From NCBI GenBank assembly GCA_010093995.1, contig ML992535.1:1-47534 (forward strand): DNA of 47,534 bases, written 5' to 3'. The stretch comes from Elsinoe ampelina (lineage: Eukaryota). The position numbers and the translations under genes were made by a program. Positions 13,606 through 26,626 of the stretch are shown piece by piece; the first letter of the stretch is position 1, and the number at the start of each line of letters is the position of its first letter. The notes beneath the pieces were generated by a model that saw only the letters and a list, made by a program, of their open reading frames with translations, was not told the DNA's origin and ran no database searches.

Positions 13606-16600
13606 TCAGGCGTCGAACATCTCGATATCCTGTCCATGGTTGAGGACATCGTCGGCGGGACCCCAGTTGCCTTCGTAAATAGTAGCTCCAGCCCGGCGAC
13701 GACGAGCAGTCCATTGGACACCTTCACTGAAGAGGACGCCGTCGACGGTAGGGCGCTCGTCTGGGTTGGGAGAGATGAGACGCTGGACGAGACTCTCAAG
13801 AGACTGAGCATTGTGTGAATCCACCATGAAGTCTGGTGGTTGGACAAGGTCACGAGCTCGAGGCGTAGCTACCATGCGGCGGTTGCAAAAGCCAAGGTCG
13901 TCATCGTCATCCATATCTGATCCAAGCGTATCGTGAGACATGCCATCCATCATGCTAACAGGATCGCCAGATTCGTCGCGGACAAGGGTACTGTCAGAGC
14001 TGAAGGTCAAGCTTGGAAGATCACTCATGTCGCCAGTACGAAGTCGCTGCCAGGAAGTGCCATTGTCGGGAAGAACGATGTTGCCGGCAATCTCAAGCAT
14101 GATCATGCCGAGGGCAAAGATATCGGCCGGCTTGTCGAAGCGTCCACTGAGGACTTCAGGAGCAATGTACTCACGATCTCCCTCTCCATCAAGGTGAGGA
14201 GGTGCCGGCCAGGTGCTAGCCATGCCGAAATCACCAATCTTGAGAACGCCCTCCCAATCGATGAACACGTTGGCAGGCTTGAGGTCGAGATGGATGTAGC
14301 CAGCATCGTGGATGCTCTTGACTCCCTGTAAACATTATTAGCATGGCTAGGGTCATGGTAGTCAAATAAACTTACCAAAGTCAACTCGAGCAGAATCTTC
14401 CAGATCCTAAAGTCGTCGAGTCGTGCCTTGTACCCTGTCTGGGAGAGGAAATCCTTCAGGTTGCCATTCTCGCAGAACTCGGTCTGAATGTAAAGATGGT
14501 TCTTCATCTCCCAAGAGTCGACAGACTCGATCACGTGCTCGTGACCAGTGAGGGCCTTGAGGATCTTGACTTCCTTCATCTTACGAGCTCGATCCTTGCT
14601 GCCAGTGTAAGGCTTCTTGGATTTTTTGACCACCCAGACCTTGCCAAGTGACTTGCTGGCAGACTGGTTGACTGGGTTCTCAACTCGGTAGACAATGGAG
14701 AATTCGCCAGTACCAAACACGTGCACACTGTTGAATCGAGATGTCAAAGTTGTGTCGACGTCGTTCTGCAACATACTTGACGTGGCTGCAGTGGTGCTGA
14801 CTCCAAAAGAGAACGGATAATCTCGAGGTCCTGTTGGAGTGGCTGGGGGAAGTCCATTGACGCTGCTGCCAAAGTTGAGAGTACCACGCTGGTCGTTGGA
14901 GATGGACAGCCGACTAGCATCGGGAGGAGTGTAGGATTCTTGAGGAGTAAGAGGGGCATCGAGTGATGTTGCTGGCGTGTGGGCTACCGGTGCTATACGA
15001 AGAGTTATTTCTGCGCTCTTCGGTCTTTGAGCGGGTGCATTTGTCTTTGAGGATCTGTGTGATAGTGGGGAGGGTGATCTTTCTATGAATGGTGGACGTG
15101 GTGTTCTTGATGAGCGACCCAGGGAAGGAGAATGATTGTCAGAGGGTGAGAATGTTATGAATGGTGTTCGTGATGATGTGGTCATGTCTTCTTTCTGGTG
15201 GTGTCTTGATGTCTTGTCGGGTTGAAACTTACGCTCATTGTCGAAACTGGTATCTGGGTTGGTGAAGGTGTCAGGGGCAAGAGAGGAACGGCGACCGAGG
15301 AGGCTGCTTCGCAGACTGTTGCCTTTGCCCTTGGATTGAGGTCGAGGACCCGCGTGGGCAGGCTTGGTCGGTGTAGGAGGTAGCTCGTCTGCAGACATTT
15401 GCGTATCGATCTTGCCAGATGGTGATTGCGACAGGTCATCACCCTCAATGCTGAGGAAGCTGGCTCTCCTGATCAGTCGGCCTTGCGCAACGCGAGAACC
15501 GAAGATGCCCACACCCTTGCCGAAAGACTCGGGAGACCCTCGGAAGGAATGAGGACTGAATGGCGTTGTTGGAGATCCAAACTCATGGCGGGGGCGTGCA
15601 GACTTGCCAAATGCAGATGGAGGTGCCGGTGTCGCTGCCATGCTAGGCATCGATGCCTTCTTCGACGGCGTGTCGGGCATGTTTGTGCTATTACCAAAGA
15701 AGGCTGCAGGGAGGTCGACATTACGGTTTCGCTTGGAGATTAGGCCCGTGGACATGAACGCGGCTGGTAAAGGTCTTGCAGACTTGAAGTTCGTCGGGGT
15801 CTCGAATGAGTCTGATCCTTGTGAGTCTTCTTCGTCAAGTCTGGGTCGCAAGGCGCCGATGGGCAGGGATTTTGAGAAGGCCTTGGGCATTGGTGCTTCA
15901 TTGGCCTCTAATGAGGCGGCGACCGCAGCTTGAATCGAGATGTCCTCCGTGAAGCTCGAGTTCGACGAGGATGGGCTCAGCGCGTTCGACAAAGGATGTG
16001 GTTTTGGACCTTGCTGTGTTGCTTTTTGGTTCTGGCTCTGATTCGGGAAAAAGCAGATAGGCTCGAGTGACCGCAGTGGTAACGACCCGTCCAGCGACAT
16101 CCTAGATCGCGCTCGGTTCGATGTTGGACTTCCCGTGAATGCAGCGCGAGGTGATGGTGGCGCGTCGGAGGACTCGAAAGTAGTTCTGGGCTTTGTTGTT
16201 CCCGCGCCTGCGCGTTGCTGCAAAGTGGACCTTCTCAAGCTAAATGGACGTCGCTGCGGCGACCGTTGTGATGGTACATTCGGAGTGTTGGAGTCGTCGA
16301 GGCTGTTCTTCCGCTCTCGAGGAGAACTGGTAAAATCAAAGTTCTGATCGAGTATGTTGAAGTCGCCGCCTAGCATTGCCCCGTGAAGACTGCGACGCTT
16401 CGCGCGAGGGCTTCCAACATTGGGCGAGTCCAAGTTCATGACTCCGTCGCTCCGCTTGAGGGGACTGGATTTGGCTGGTGTCAGGTGATCGCGTATCGCA
16501 GAGCTCAGACTGCCTGGTTTATCGGCATGCGCCTTAAGCAGGTCGAATTTGATAGGCTCGTTGTCCAACTCGAAGCGCATGATTTTTGGAGAGTCCTTCG

Positions 16601-17042
16601 GGGTCATGCTGACATTTTCCTGTCCGATAGCAGAGCCTCTGAAAGGAAGCGAGATGTGGCTAGTGTTACTTTGATTGCTGCCATCCGCAAGTGCACGCCT
16701 GGCCGGACTGTTGGGGGAAGTTCTGCGCGGTACTGTCTTGAGAGGCGCAGTTTTGCGCAAAGTAAATCTTGGCCGAGCACTTGGTGGGGTGTCGGCGATA
16801 ATATTCGCATCGATTGAGAAGGTGCGCGACAATGATGATGGCGACAGAGGTGATGTCGGGCTTTGTTTTGGTGACTTCATATTGTGGAGTTGGAAGCGCG
16901 ACGGCTTTGAAGGTGACCGCGACAATGACCTTCGGATCTGTTTGATTGACGGGAATGCGTCGACACCATACTGCGAATGTGTCGGTGACAACATGTGCAT
17001 AGTGCCGCCCGCAGAGCGATGTGGAGAGTATTCAAAGTCCAT
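13606..17042 (-). CDS. SWE1: Wee1/Swe1-family CDK-inhibitory protein kinase
   Basis: Long S/P-rich N-terminus. Kinase motifs GTGEFSIVY, HLYIQTEFCENG, HLDLKPAN, KIGDFGMA and EGDREYIAPE (Wee1 signature). Intron 14326-14375; possible second in-frame intron 14993-15232. Confidence 0.93.
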
Positions 17043-17404
17043 CTTGTATCCCAATCATGCGGCTGCCTGATTCCCTCTATGCGGAGGATGTCTCCGACAG
17101 AGTTGTGCGGAGCTCTTCTTGTGTACACACCATGCACTTGATCACGATCTGTGCCGACAGGTGAAATGACAAACGTTATGATCCGATACTGCCGTCAAGC
17201 GAGGCGGACAGGAAGGGGCGCGATAGGTTGCGACGATGAGGGCTATGTCGTGTCGCAGGCGGAGGGCAGGCGGTGACTATCTCGAGGCGTTGTCTGGACC
17301 GGACGAGATGTTCGATTGTTCGGAATGTAGCGGTGGTTTGGATCGAGTCCGAACGGTAATTTTTTGGTATGATCGAGGTCGACGTTGGAGGAGATGGTAA
17401 ACAA

Positions 17405-18000
17405 ACGCGTCTGATATGCGCACAGATGGAGTTTCGGGGACGTCAAGAGTCGAGGATCGCAAACGGCCGCGTCTAGTAGGCGTGGTAGGGTGGTACAGGG
17501 GTCCTTTGAGAGTCGGGATGTCGGAAGTCGAGATCGATGGGCGGAAGGGAGAATGATCGGTGATGTTGTGGGTTTTGGATTCAAAAGTTCGAGGGGATCG
17601 CAGGGAAGTGATCTTGATCGCGCCTGTCGCTCCTTCCGTACACACCAGAGGCACCAGGGGAGCCCAAGGGAGACTCGCGGGCGGACTAAAGGCGGATGCG
17701 GGTCCTCTTGGTGTGTGCACGCGCCACGTTATGCTGGACGGGCCGTCCTTTTTTTCATTTGCTTTCTGCACCTCGGGAGAGCTGCATATAGAGCGCAAAT
17801 GGTCTGCTGATGCCAACAAAAAGTCTCACAAGCATGCAGCGGTGCACAAAATGGAGTGTATTGACTTTATCCTATGCCGTCTTGAAGGGACCCTCGTCTT
17901 TTTTGCTCGAGGCTGTCGACGTTGGGGCTCTGCAGAAGGGTTTGCTCTTTTCGGGCAGTCTGTTTTGGGCAGATCAACAACAGACGCGTAGTCACGTGAT
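17405..18000. promoter_or_regulatory. Candidate MCB (ACGCGT) sites at 17405 and 17984 and a GTCACGTG E-box at 17991 in the SWE1 / flavin-reductase divergent promoter
   Basis: Exact motif matches. SWE1 orthologues are G1/S regulated, but hexamers also occur by chance. Confidence 0.3.
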
Positions 18001-18463
18001 GACATGACGCGCCAGGCTCGCCGATCTCTCTGCGACAGCAACGACAGGACGACAAGGACCTGGACGACCTCTGAAGATCTGCAAAACATTACGCATGACG
18101 AGGCAAAGATGCGCATCCTGCTTCGCCGTCTTCCATGGTCCTGATGGGTCAAGACCTGCTTCTCGGTGAGGGATTGTCAACACGCTGGCTCAAGCTCGAG
18201 AGCGCTCCATTGTAATAACGTGCAGAACCCTGACTATCAATGTCATCTGAGACATTTTGTCAAAGCCAAACTTCTACTTGACGTCGACTTGGACACTTTT
18301 GATCTTGGACAAGCGGGATCTCGCATTGCCCTGCTGTCGTTCATCAAATTCTCCACGCACGACTCATTTGTGCTCTGCTTCCAGATTGTCAGCCAATCTG
18401 CCAACTTTCCAACCCTGCTTCCAAGGTCGTCATCGGTCGCCTCATTTTACTCTTACCATCACC

Positions 18464-19278
18464 ATGTTTTACCGGCCAGGTAGTGATACTGAGGACCACG
18501 GACTGCCGCACGACCCATTCAAGGCAAGTTGCATCTCCACGGCTCCCAGTCACTGGGTTTGTCGTCAGTGGTAGGTATGACATGGGCCAACCATAGATAG
18601 GCTTGCGTCGTGCCCCGACCCATCGGATGGATCTCAACCCTGTCCCAAGATGGCAAAGCCAACCTTGCGCCATACAGGTGAGGCTCGAGAGTGGCATATG
18701 CTCAGCTAGAGCTAATAAACAGCCAATTCAACAACCTCACTTTTGACCCTCCACTCGTCATGTTCAGTTCGAATCAGAATACTGACGGCACGAGAAAAGA
18801 CACGGTTGTCAATGTCGAAACGACGGGCCGCTTCGTGTGGAACCTCGCTACTTGGGATCTACGTGAAGCGGTCAACATCACGGCCGAACAATTGCCGCAT
18901 GGAGACGATGAGTTTGAGCGGGCTGGCCTGGAGAAGGAAAAGGCCAATTTGACTGACATCCCAATGGTGAAACGGTCTCCAGTCAAATTTGAATGCGAAT
19001 ATCACTCGACCATCCGGATTCCCGGTAACCCTCCTATGGGCACAGTGGATATCATCATCGGCAAGGTTGTTGCTGTGCATATCGCCGATGACGCACTTAC
19101 GGATGGTATGCTCGACGTCACCAAGACCAAGCCTATAGCTCGCTGTGGATACTACCAGTATTGCATGATTGATCAGACATTTGAAATGATAGTTCCTGGC
19201 ACCAACAAGATGTTGCTTTCAGGGCTCGAAGGTAGCGCCAAAAAGAATAGAGAGGCTGCAGCCGCCAATAAGAAGTAG
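18464..19278 (+). CDS. Flavin reductase-like FMN-binding protein (flavoprotein oxygenase, DIM6/NTAB family)
   Basis: Spliced product MFYRPG...HGLPHDPFK|ACVVPRPIGWIST...ANLAPYS|QFNNLTFDPP...PIARCGYYQY. Introns 18524-18600 (GC-AG) and 18678-18722. Confidence 0.9.
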
Positions 19279-19824
19279 TTTGGCATGGCAACGATATAAA
19301 TACAGGAACAGAGTGTCAAATGTGGAGACTTATTTGCGTTTATGTACGACTTCATTGCTTTGACGCAAAGCATATACTTCCCACGACCGATGGTCGAGCT
19401 TGAAGCATACGTGAGATAAGTGTTAATATTGAAGTATTCTATCGGAGCCAATCGTCGCAGCAGAAAGCGCTAGGGTTGTCAATCAAGTGCATTGTCGCAA
19501 CAATTTCTTGCCCCGATATGCACACTTGATGCATGAAGTGGTCCACCCATACAGCCTGCATACAGCTGCTGTATAGCAAACCCGCAAGATATATGTGGAC
19601 CTGACTCTGATTGGCTGCCAGGTTTCGACCAGAACGCTTGGCTTGGCGACATCAGCCACCCGGAGCCGCGCGCATCTGAGCTGGCATCGATCACCTGACA
19701 GCCACTGGTTCCTCTGTCACTGCTCATCAGATCTGACCAAGCGGTGGCCGCATACAGTTTGACGTCTTTTCAAGCACACAGAGTATGATCGGGAAGCTCA
19801 GATGATGCTGTAGCGCACGGCACG

Positions 19825-22800
19825 ATGCCTTCTTCAACAGCGGCAAACGGACCACCTCCTTCCCCACGACATCAACGGCGCATTGTGAGGAACCTGAACT
19901 CAAACGCCCACGCTAGAGATGCTAATGTCCATAGTTGAGGAACTCCACAGTCATTGTGCCCTCGACTGGAGAGCGGATCCACAGAGAGTTCACATTGCCA
20001 GCACTAGGCCAGGACGAGGACGCCACTCCAACTAACGGTCACATCGGACGAGAGGATGCCGAACCTCTTCTTGCCACTCAGTCTGACAACGATGAGCTAT
20101 CATGGACCCAGAAGCTGACCAGAGTGCCCCGAAATGCTTATCGCAACACCATCAACTTCGTCAATTCCAAGGATGGGCGCCGAGTACTCAAGTGCTCACT
20201 CGCATACGCTCTGGGAACATGCGGCACCTTCTTTCCTCCGATATCAGCCTGGCTGGGTCACTCCGACGGCAAGCATATCATGGCTACTGTCACTGTCTAT
20301 TTTCACGCAGCCAGAACCATGGGAAGCATGCTCGAGGCCATAATATGTGCTCTGGTAGCCTATGTCTACGCTGCTTTTCTCTGCTTGACGAGTATGGGTA
20401 TTTCGATCTTCTTCGCCAAGCAGGATATGCTGCTGACAGGACATGCTGTCGTATTATTCATCTGGATTGGTGGCGGCCTGGGTTTCATTGCCTGGATCAA
20501 ACAGAGGCTGGGAAATCCACTCGTCAACGTCGCATGCTCGCTGGCTTCACTGGCATCAATTACTGTCTTTGTCAAAGAAGGCTCGATCCAAGCTGGCAAG
20601 TTTTCCGAGGAAAAGGTCGTGCAGGTCTTGAAAATGGTTATTCTTGGTATCGTCTTCACGTCCGCAGTGAACCTTCTGGTGTTTCCCGAACGGGCACGCT
20701 ACAAATTAAACGCTGGTCTTACCTCCACGACTGACTTACTCGGAGATCTGCTGAATGCAATCACAAGAGCATTTCTAAATGGTACAGAAGCTGAGTTGCA
20801 ATCAGATCTGTTCGAAAAGACGTTCAAGGACTTGAAAGGCAGCCTGAAGACACTGAAAACCGATCTTGCCGAAAGTCGATTGGAGCACTTTGTTCAAGGT
20901 AATGAGAAGCAGCACAGGATCGAGGCTGAGATTGTCAAGTGCATCAACAAGATCTCTCAGAACCTCGGTAGCCTGCGGAGTGCAGCGATCATGCAGTTCG
21001 ATCTCATCAGAACCACTCAGGCGAAGGATATAAACATCCCCAAGGGCAATCTGTCGAGGGCTTCGTCCTTCCTTATGGCCCAGTCCTACGTCTCGGAGCC
21101 GGAAGAGATCGGCGGTCTTGGCTTGAAGCCCATTGATGAAGAGGTAGAGGAGCCTTCCGAGCTCGCTGAAGGCGTTGCATCTCCTGCACTCTCCCAAGGA
21201 CCATCTGTCCAGACACTTGGACGTACCGCTGCTATCACGCCTGCAGACATGTTTTCGACGTTCATCCAACAGCTTGGTCCGCCTATGAAGTCTTTGGTAC
21301 ATACTCTCAAACTCATCATGGACGAATTGCCATTCGAATCTGCAACGAGCGACAACGTCGCCATCAATGAAAACTTCTACTCATCGTTGAAGTCTGCTAT
21401 CGAACTCTTTAGGACTGCCAGACGAGATGCTTTGACCAGCTTGTATCGCAACAAATCTCTTTATGCCACAACAAGCCTCGAGCGTCTTGCCGACTACGAG
21501 GAGATTGCCGCTTCTTGTGGTCATTTTTCGTTTGCCTTGATCGACGTGGCTGAGGAAATTGCCAACTACCTCGACCTGCTAGAGGACCTCAAGGTTCAAC
21601 ATGATCGCGAGCCCCACCGTCCTACTTACGGTTGGCTCAAGTTCTGGCGGAAAGAGGAACGTCTTCGTCTAACTAAGAATCCAGAGGAGCGTCTTCTGGA
21701 AGATGAGCAAGCCAATGGTGACGATGGACCTTCCAGTAATGTGCCGCAAGCGCTGCGCAGTCGTGACCGAATGTTCAAGAACCGGAGTCCGATCGCAACA
21801 TCCTGGAACTATCGCCTTTATAGGGCTGCAATCTGGCTTCATCGGGACGACATTCGGTTCGCAGGGAAAGTAGGCATTGGTGCTGCCATGCTCGCTGCTC
21901 CCGCCTTCATCGCCGAGACTCGACCGACATTCCAGCACCTGCGTTTAGAGTGGGGTCTGGTCTCCTACATGGTCGTCTGTTCCATGACAATCGGTGCCGT
22001 CAACACTTCCGGTCTCGAACGATTCATCGGTACTGCAATGGGCGCTGGCCTCGCTGTGATCGGTTGGATAATCTCGTCTGCTGAAGCTGTACCGCTTATG
22101 CTCTACGGCTGGCTTGTGTCCCTCGGCTGTTTCTACATCATTGTTGTCCAGAAGAAGGGACCTATGGGTCGCTTCATATTTCTCACCTACAACCTGTCTG
22201 CACTCTACGCATACTCATTATCCATCAAAGACGATGAAGACGACGACGATGAAGGCGGGATCGATCCTGAGATCTGGGAGATCGTCCTGCACCGTGTTGT
22301 CTCTGTCATGATAGGCTGCATTTGGGCAATCGTCATCACTCGGATCATCTGGCCCATCTCCGCTCGGAAGAAGCTCAAGGAAGGCATCTGTCTACTCTGG
22401 ATGCGAATGGGTCTCATCTGGAAGCGCGACCCACTTGCACTACTCCTGAATGGCACGCCTAGTAGTAAAGTCACTGATATCCGTGAAGAAGCAGACCTCC
22501 AGACTTTTCTCTCATCATTGGATGGACTCAAGGGTGCTGCAAAATCCGAGTTCGAACTCCGCGGACCTTTCCCAGACAAATCTTTTGCCATGATATTGGA
22601 ACGCACACAGCGTATGCTTGACACATTTCACGGCATGAACGTGGTCATTAGTAAGAATCTCCAAGCCACCCCTGGCGAAATGGAAGTGCTGCGGTACACC
22701 AATGACGAGCGGGGTGCTCTATCAGCTCGCATCAGCCATCTCTTCAGCGTACTGGCTAGCACCGTCAAGATGGAGTATCCACTCAACGATGTCTTGCCGA

Positions 22801-23057
22801 ACATTGAGCATGCCAGGGACAGGCTATTGGCAAGGGTATTCGAGTTCAGGCGGCAGGAAGGAGGAAATATCAAGGAAGAAGATTTCGAGATCATCTATGC
22901 ATATGGTAAGTCTACTCTCGCGAAGACTTGTCTAGCATTGTACTGACGCAGCTTAGTATTGGCTACGGGACAACTGGCAAAGGACATTGCGGCCATCATC
23001 AAGGAGCTCGAGCAATTGTACGGTACACTGAACGAGGACAATTTTCGGCTCGACTAG
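19825..23057 (+). CDS. FUSC/aromatic acid exporter (ArAE_2)-type polytopic membrane protein
   Basis: N-terminal TM block (LKCSLAYALG, HIMATVTVYFHAARTMGSMLEA) and C-terminal FUSC-like block (EWGLVSYMVVCSMTIGA, EFELRGPFP). Introns 19885-19934 and 22906-22956. Confidence 0.88.
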
Positions 23058-24180
23058 GCATGGATACAGGACGCGGCGCATACGGAGGACAAGATAGGCA
23101 ATCAGCAAAAAGGCAATATCATCATCTTTCACAATTCACACGTATCCAGCAACATCCCCCGCCCCAACTTCCCCCTCCATCCCCCCTCTACATAACTTCC
23201 TTCGCCACAACCCTCACATCCGCGCAATGCCCCGGCAACGACTCAATGGCCCTACAAGATCTGTTCCAAAGCGACTGTACGCTATACTGGCTTATTTCCA
23301 TGTGCCCTACTCCATGTGGTGACCCACAGACAACGGGTCACGAGCCGCATCCCGTAATTTTGGCTCGATATGATGGTACTTGACACTCGACGTCTCTCAT
23401 CAAAGTCAGAAAGGGAAATACTTGCAAATGTTCTCGAGTCGCCGAACAGAAAACCTCCTAAACATGCCACACGTGAGGCACCAGGGTGTCACTCGGATCA
23501 GCATGCTTGCCCTGTCCTCCTTCTTGCACAAAAGCTATTGCGGACGCCTTACTACGGTCCTTTTCCATGTCGAATTTCGACATCCACATTCTCCGAACTC
23601 AGATGTTCATAAATGATGACCCCTTTCGTGATGGCGTGCAAACTCAGGTCCTCGTAAAAGGTTGCAACTGGTGGCGGAAATGTACAGGCCAAGCAGCAAA
23701 AGCTTGAGGACTGGTAAGTTTTCGTGGGATAGTAGCCTCCACTGGGTGCTGCTGGTAGTAGCACCCTGAGATCGAAGGTCGTCTGTGAAGACGGTGGTGA
23801 TGGACATGGATCTACTATCTAATCTGATCTGATCTGCGCATGTGAAGCAGCTTCCCCACACTCACTTCCCACGTGTGCCAGGCTACCTTCCATGGCCGCG
23901 AACAATACCTTTCCTTTCAGCGATTCTGTGCCGCCTTGAGCTCGTAAATGCATTTCTGGTAGTATCTGGAGGCCTGAAACTACCAGCTCATATAAGTTCA
24001 CACCTCAGCACAATGTGAGGAAGTCAATGATGTGAGATGCGGGGTATGCACCTTCCTTCTTCTGAAGCTGAGTCATTGCCTAGCAACGCCAGTTGTCTTC
24101 GACGCGTCTCGCAATTTTTTCCTCGCTCCAACCATCCATCATTCAATTTTGATTAATTCAACATTAATCAAATTTTCATT

Positions 24181-26529
24181 ATGTATGCAGGAGAGCTGCG
24201 CCTGCGTCCGGCGAAGTCGCCAGACAACTCATATACATTTGGCAATCTGTACGCAAGTGTCTGTGCTGGTAGTTTCACAAGCTAAAGATCTCTACAGTGT
24301 CGCTGTCTCATCAAGAGACATTCCCCCAAATGACCGCGGCGACCTCTACCTCCTCATCAACGGCCAATACGTTCTTTCCGCTCGTCCAGATTCCCAGTTC
24401 CCTTCCGGCTCAATATCGCTCTCCGACGCTCAGCGCACATGGATGCAGATTGCCTTCACAGATGTCGTCAAGGTCCAGCCGTTCGATCCCTTCTCATCAG
24501 GCGCCGACAGCTACCTTGGGACACTGGACGTCGAAATCGGATTCGCAGGCAAGAAGATGACAGACATTCCCTACGATCAAGATGAGCTCGCAAGTGGTTT
24601 CAAACACAACTTCCGCAACCAGATCTTCGCGCCCGGACAACAGTTGTTGATGGACTTCAAGGCAATTCCTCTGCGTCTCATCGTCAGAACTGTCGAGCTG
24701 GTTGACATCTCGGCACTTCAGGGCGGCCACGGTGGGCAGAGCGGGCAGATACATACCGACAGCCATTCCCGTGGTATCCTCACCCCAGAAACCCAGATCA
24801 GCTTTTTCAAAGATGCAAGGACCAGCATCAACCTCAAAGGTTCCGATCGACGACCAGCAACATCAGCAATCGTACGACCAGACTTCAAGTTCGAGGACAT
24901 GGGTATTGGTGGTCTAGACTTGGAGTTCAGCGATATTTTCCGAAGAGCTTTTGCAAGTCGCATCTTCCCTCCTGGCCTAGTACAGAAGCTCGGCATCCAG
25001 CACGTGAAGGGCATGCTCCTCTACGGTCCTCCTGGTACCGGCAAGACCCTCATCGCTCGACAGATCGGCCGCATGCTTAACGCGCGAGAGCCCAAAGTCA
25101 TCAACGGCCCAGAAGTCCTCAACAAGTACGTCGGTCAGTCAGAAGAGAATATTCGTAAGCTGTTTGCAGACGCCGAGAAGGAATACAAAGAGAAGGGCGA
25201 TGAGTCTGGCCTGCACATCATCATCTTCGACGAGCTGGATGCCGTGTGTAAGCAGCGAGGCTCCGGTGCTGGCGGTGGCACTGGTGTCGGAGACTCCGTC
25301 GTCAACCAGTTGCTCTCCAAGCTCGATGGTGTCGATCAGCTCAACAACGTCCTACTCATCGGCATGACGAACAGAAAAGACATGATCGATGAAGCACTCC
25401 TCAGAGCTGGTCGCCTGGAAGTACACATGGAGATCTCGCTACCCGACGAAGCTGGTCGTGTTCAGATCTTGAAAATTCACACAGCACAGATGCACAAGAA
25501 CGATGTCATGGCCGCCGATGTGGATCTCGCGGAGCTTGCCAAGCGCACCCGCAACTTCTCTGGTGCAGAGATTTCCGGCCTGATCAAGAGTGCTTCGTCC
25601 TTTGCTTTCAATCGACACATCAAAGTCGGGACTGCTGCAGCCATCGATGACTCGGTCGTCAACATGAAAGTACAAATGTCCGACTTCCTCAACGCCTTGG
25701 AAGAAGTGCATCCCCTGTTCGGTGTTTTCGAAGACGAGCTGTCAAGATGTATTCCCGCCGGCATCTCGTACTACAGCGATAACATCAGCTCCATCCTGAC
25801 GTACGGACGAGAATACGCATCACAAGTGCGAAGCGGCAGGTCGCAACTCCTCACAGTCTTACTCCATGGTCCAGCTGGCTCCGGCAAGACAGCCTTGGCT
25901 GCCCGCATCGCTCTCGATTCGAAATTCCCCTTCGCCAAGATGGTCCGCCCCGTCGACATGGTTGGCATGAACGAGCTGCAAAAGATACAGTATCTACACA
26001 AGGTCTTCACAGATGCCTACAAAAGTCCGTTGAACTTGGTCCTTCTCGACAACGTGGAGCTCCTGATCGACTGGGTGCCTGTCGGTCCAAGATTCAGCGC
26101 CAGTGTTCTAGCAGCAATCAAGGCGTTCATGGAGGATCGACCACCTCAAGTAAGTGCTCCTGCATACCTTGTCGATTGTTGATATGGTACTAATGACTAT
26201 AGGGCCGACCTCTCCTGATTCTCGCCACCACCTCCAACCTCTCTGTCCTGCGACAACTCCAGCTCGCCTTTGACGCAGAGATCCCCGTCCCATGCATCAA
26301 CAAGCATCAAGAACTCGCCTTCGTCATGCACGAGTCTGGCGTATTCGACCAGAACGAGATCAGCGCCGTGCTTGCTGAAATCAGTGAAACTACCAGCGCG
26401 GGAGAGCAGCTTGGTGTTGGCATCAAACCCGTGCTCACAGCTATTACCACGGCGTCGCATTCGGAGGACAAGTTGGGGCGATTCGCCCAGATCATCGCCG
26501 AGGCGGTCAGCAGGAATGCGGCCAGGTAG
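24181..26529 (+). CDS. SEC18: Vesicle-fusing AAA+ ATPase Sec18/NSF
   Basis: MGIGGLDLEFSDIFRRAFASRIFPP, D1 Walker A GPPGTGKT, IIIFDELDAVCKQRGS, D2 GPAGSGKT. Introns 24249-24297 and 26150-26202. The start codon is uncertain (possible further upstream exon). Confidence 0.95.
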
Positions 26530-26626
26530 AATCTGGCGGGGACTTTTCCTTAATTGTATTGATAGTATGCCTTCACTATGTATAACTAATCACTAAACAA
26601 ACGATCATTTACAAATTCGTGTGAGC

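Noticed and set aside
23060..24030. Possible small or degenerate gene between the FUSC gene and SEC18
   Set aside because: Only short ORFs with no recognisable motif or consistent splice model.
24032..24180. ORF-track N-terminal extension of Sec18 (likewise 40077-40358 for Ubp14 and 43287-43373 for the NLR)
   Set aside because: Read-through of UTR or intron sequence. Similarity to the families begins at downstream ATGs.
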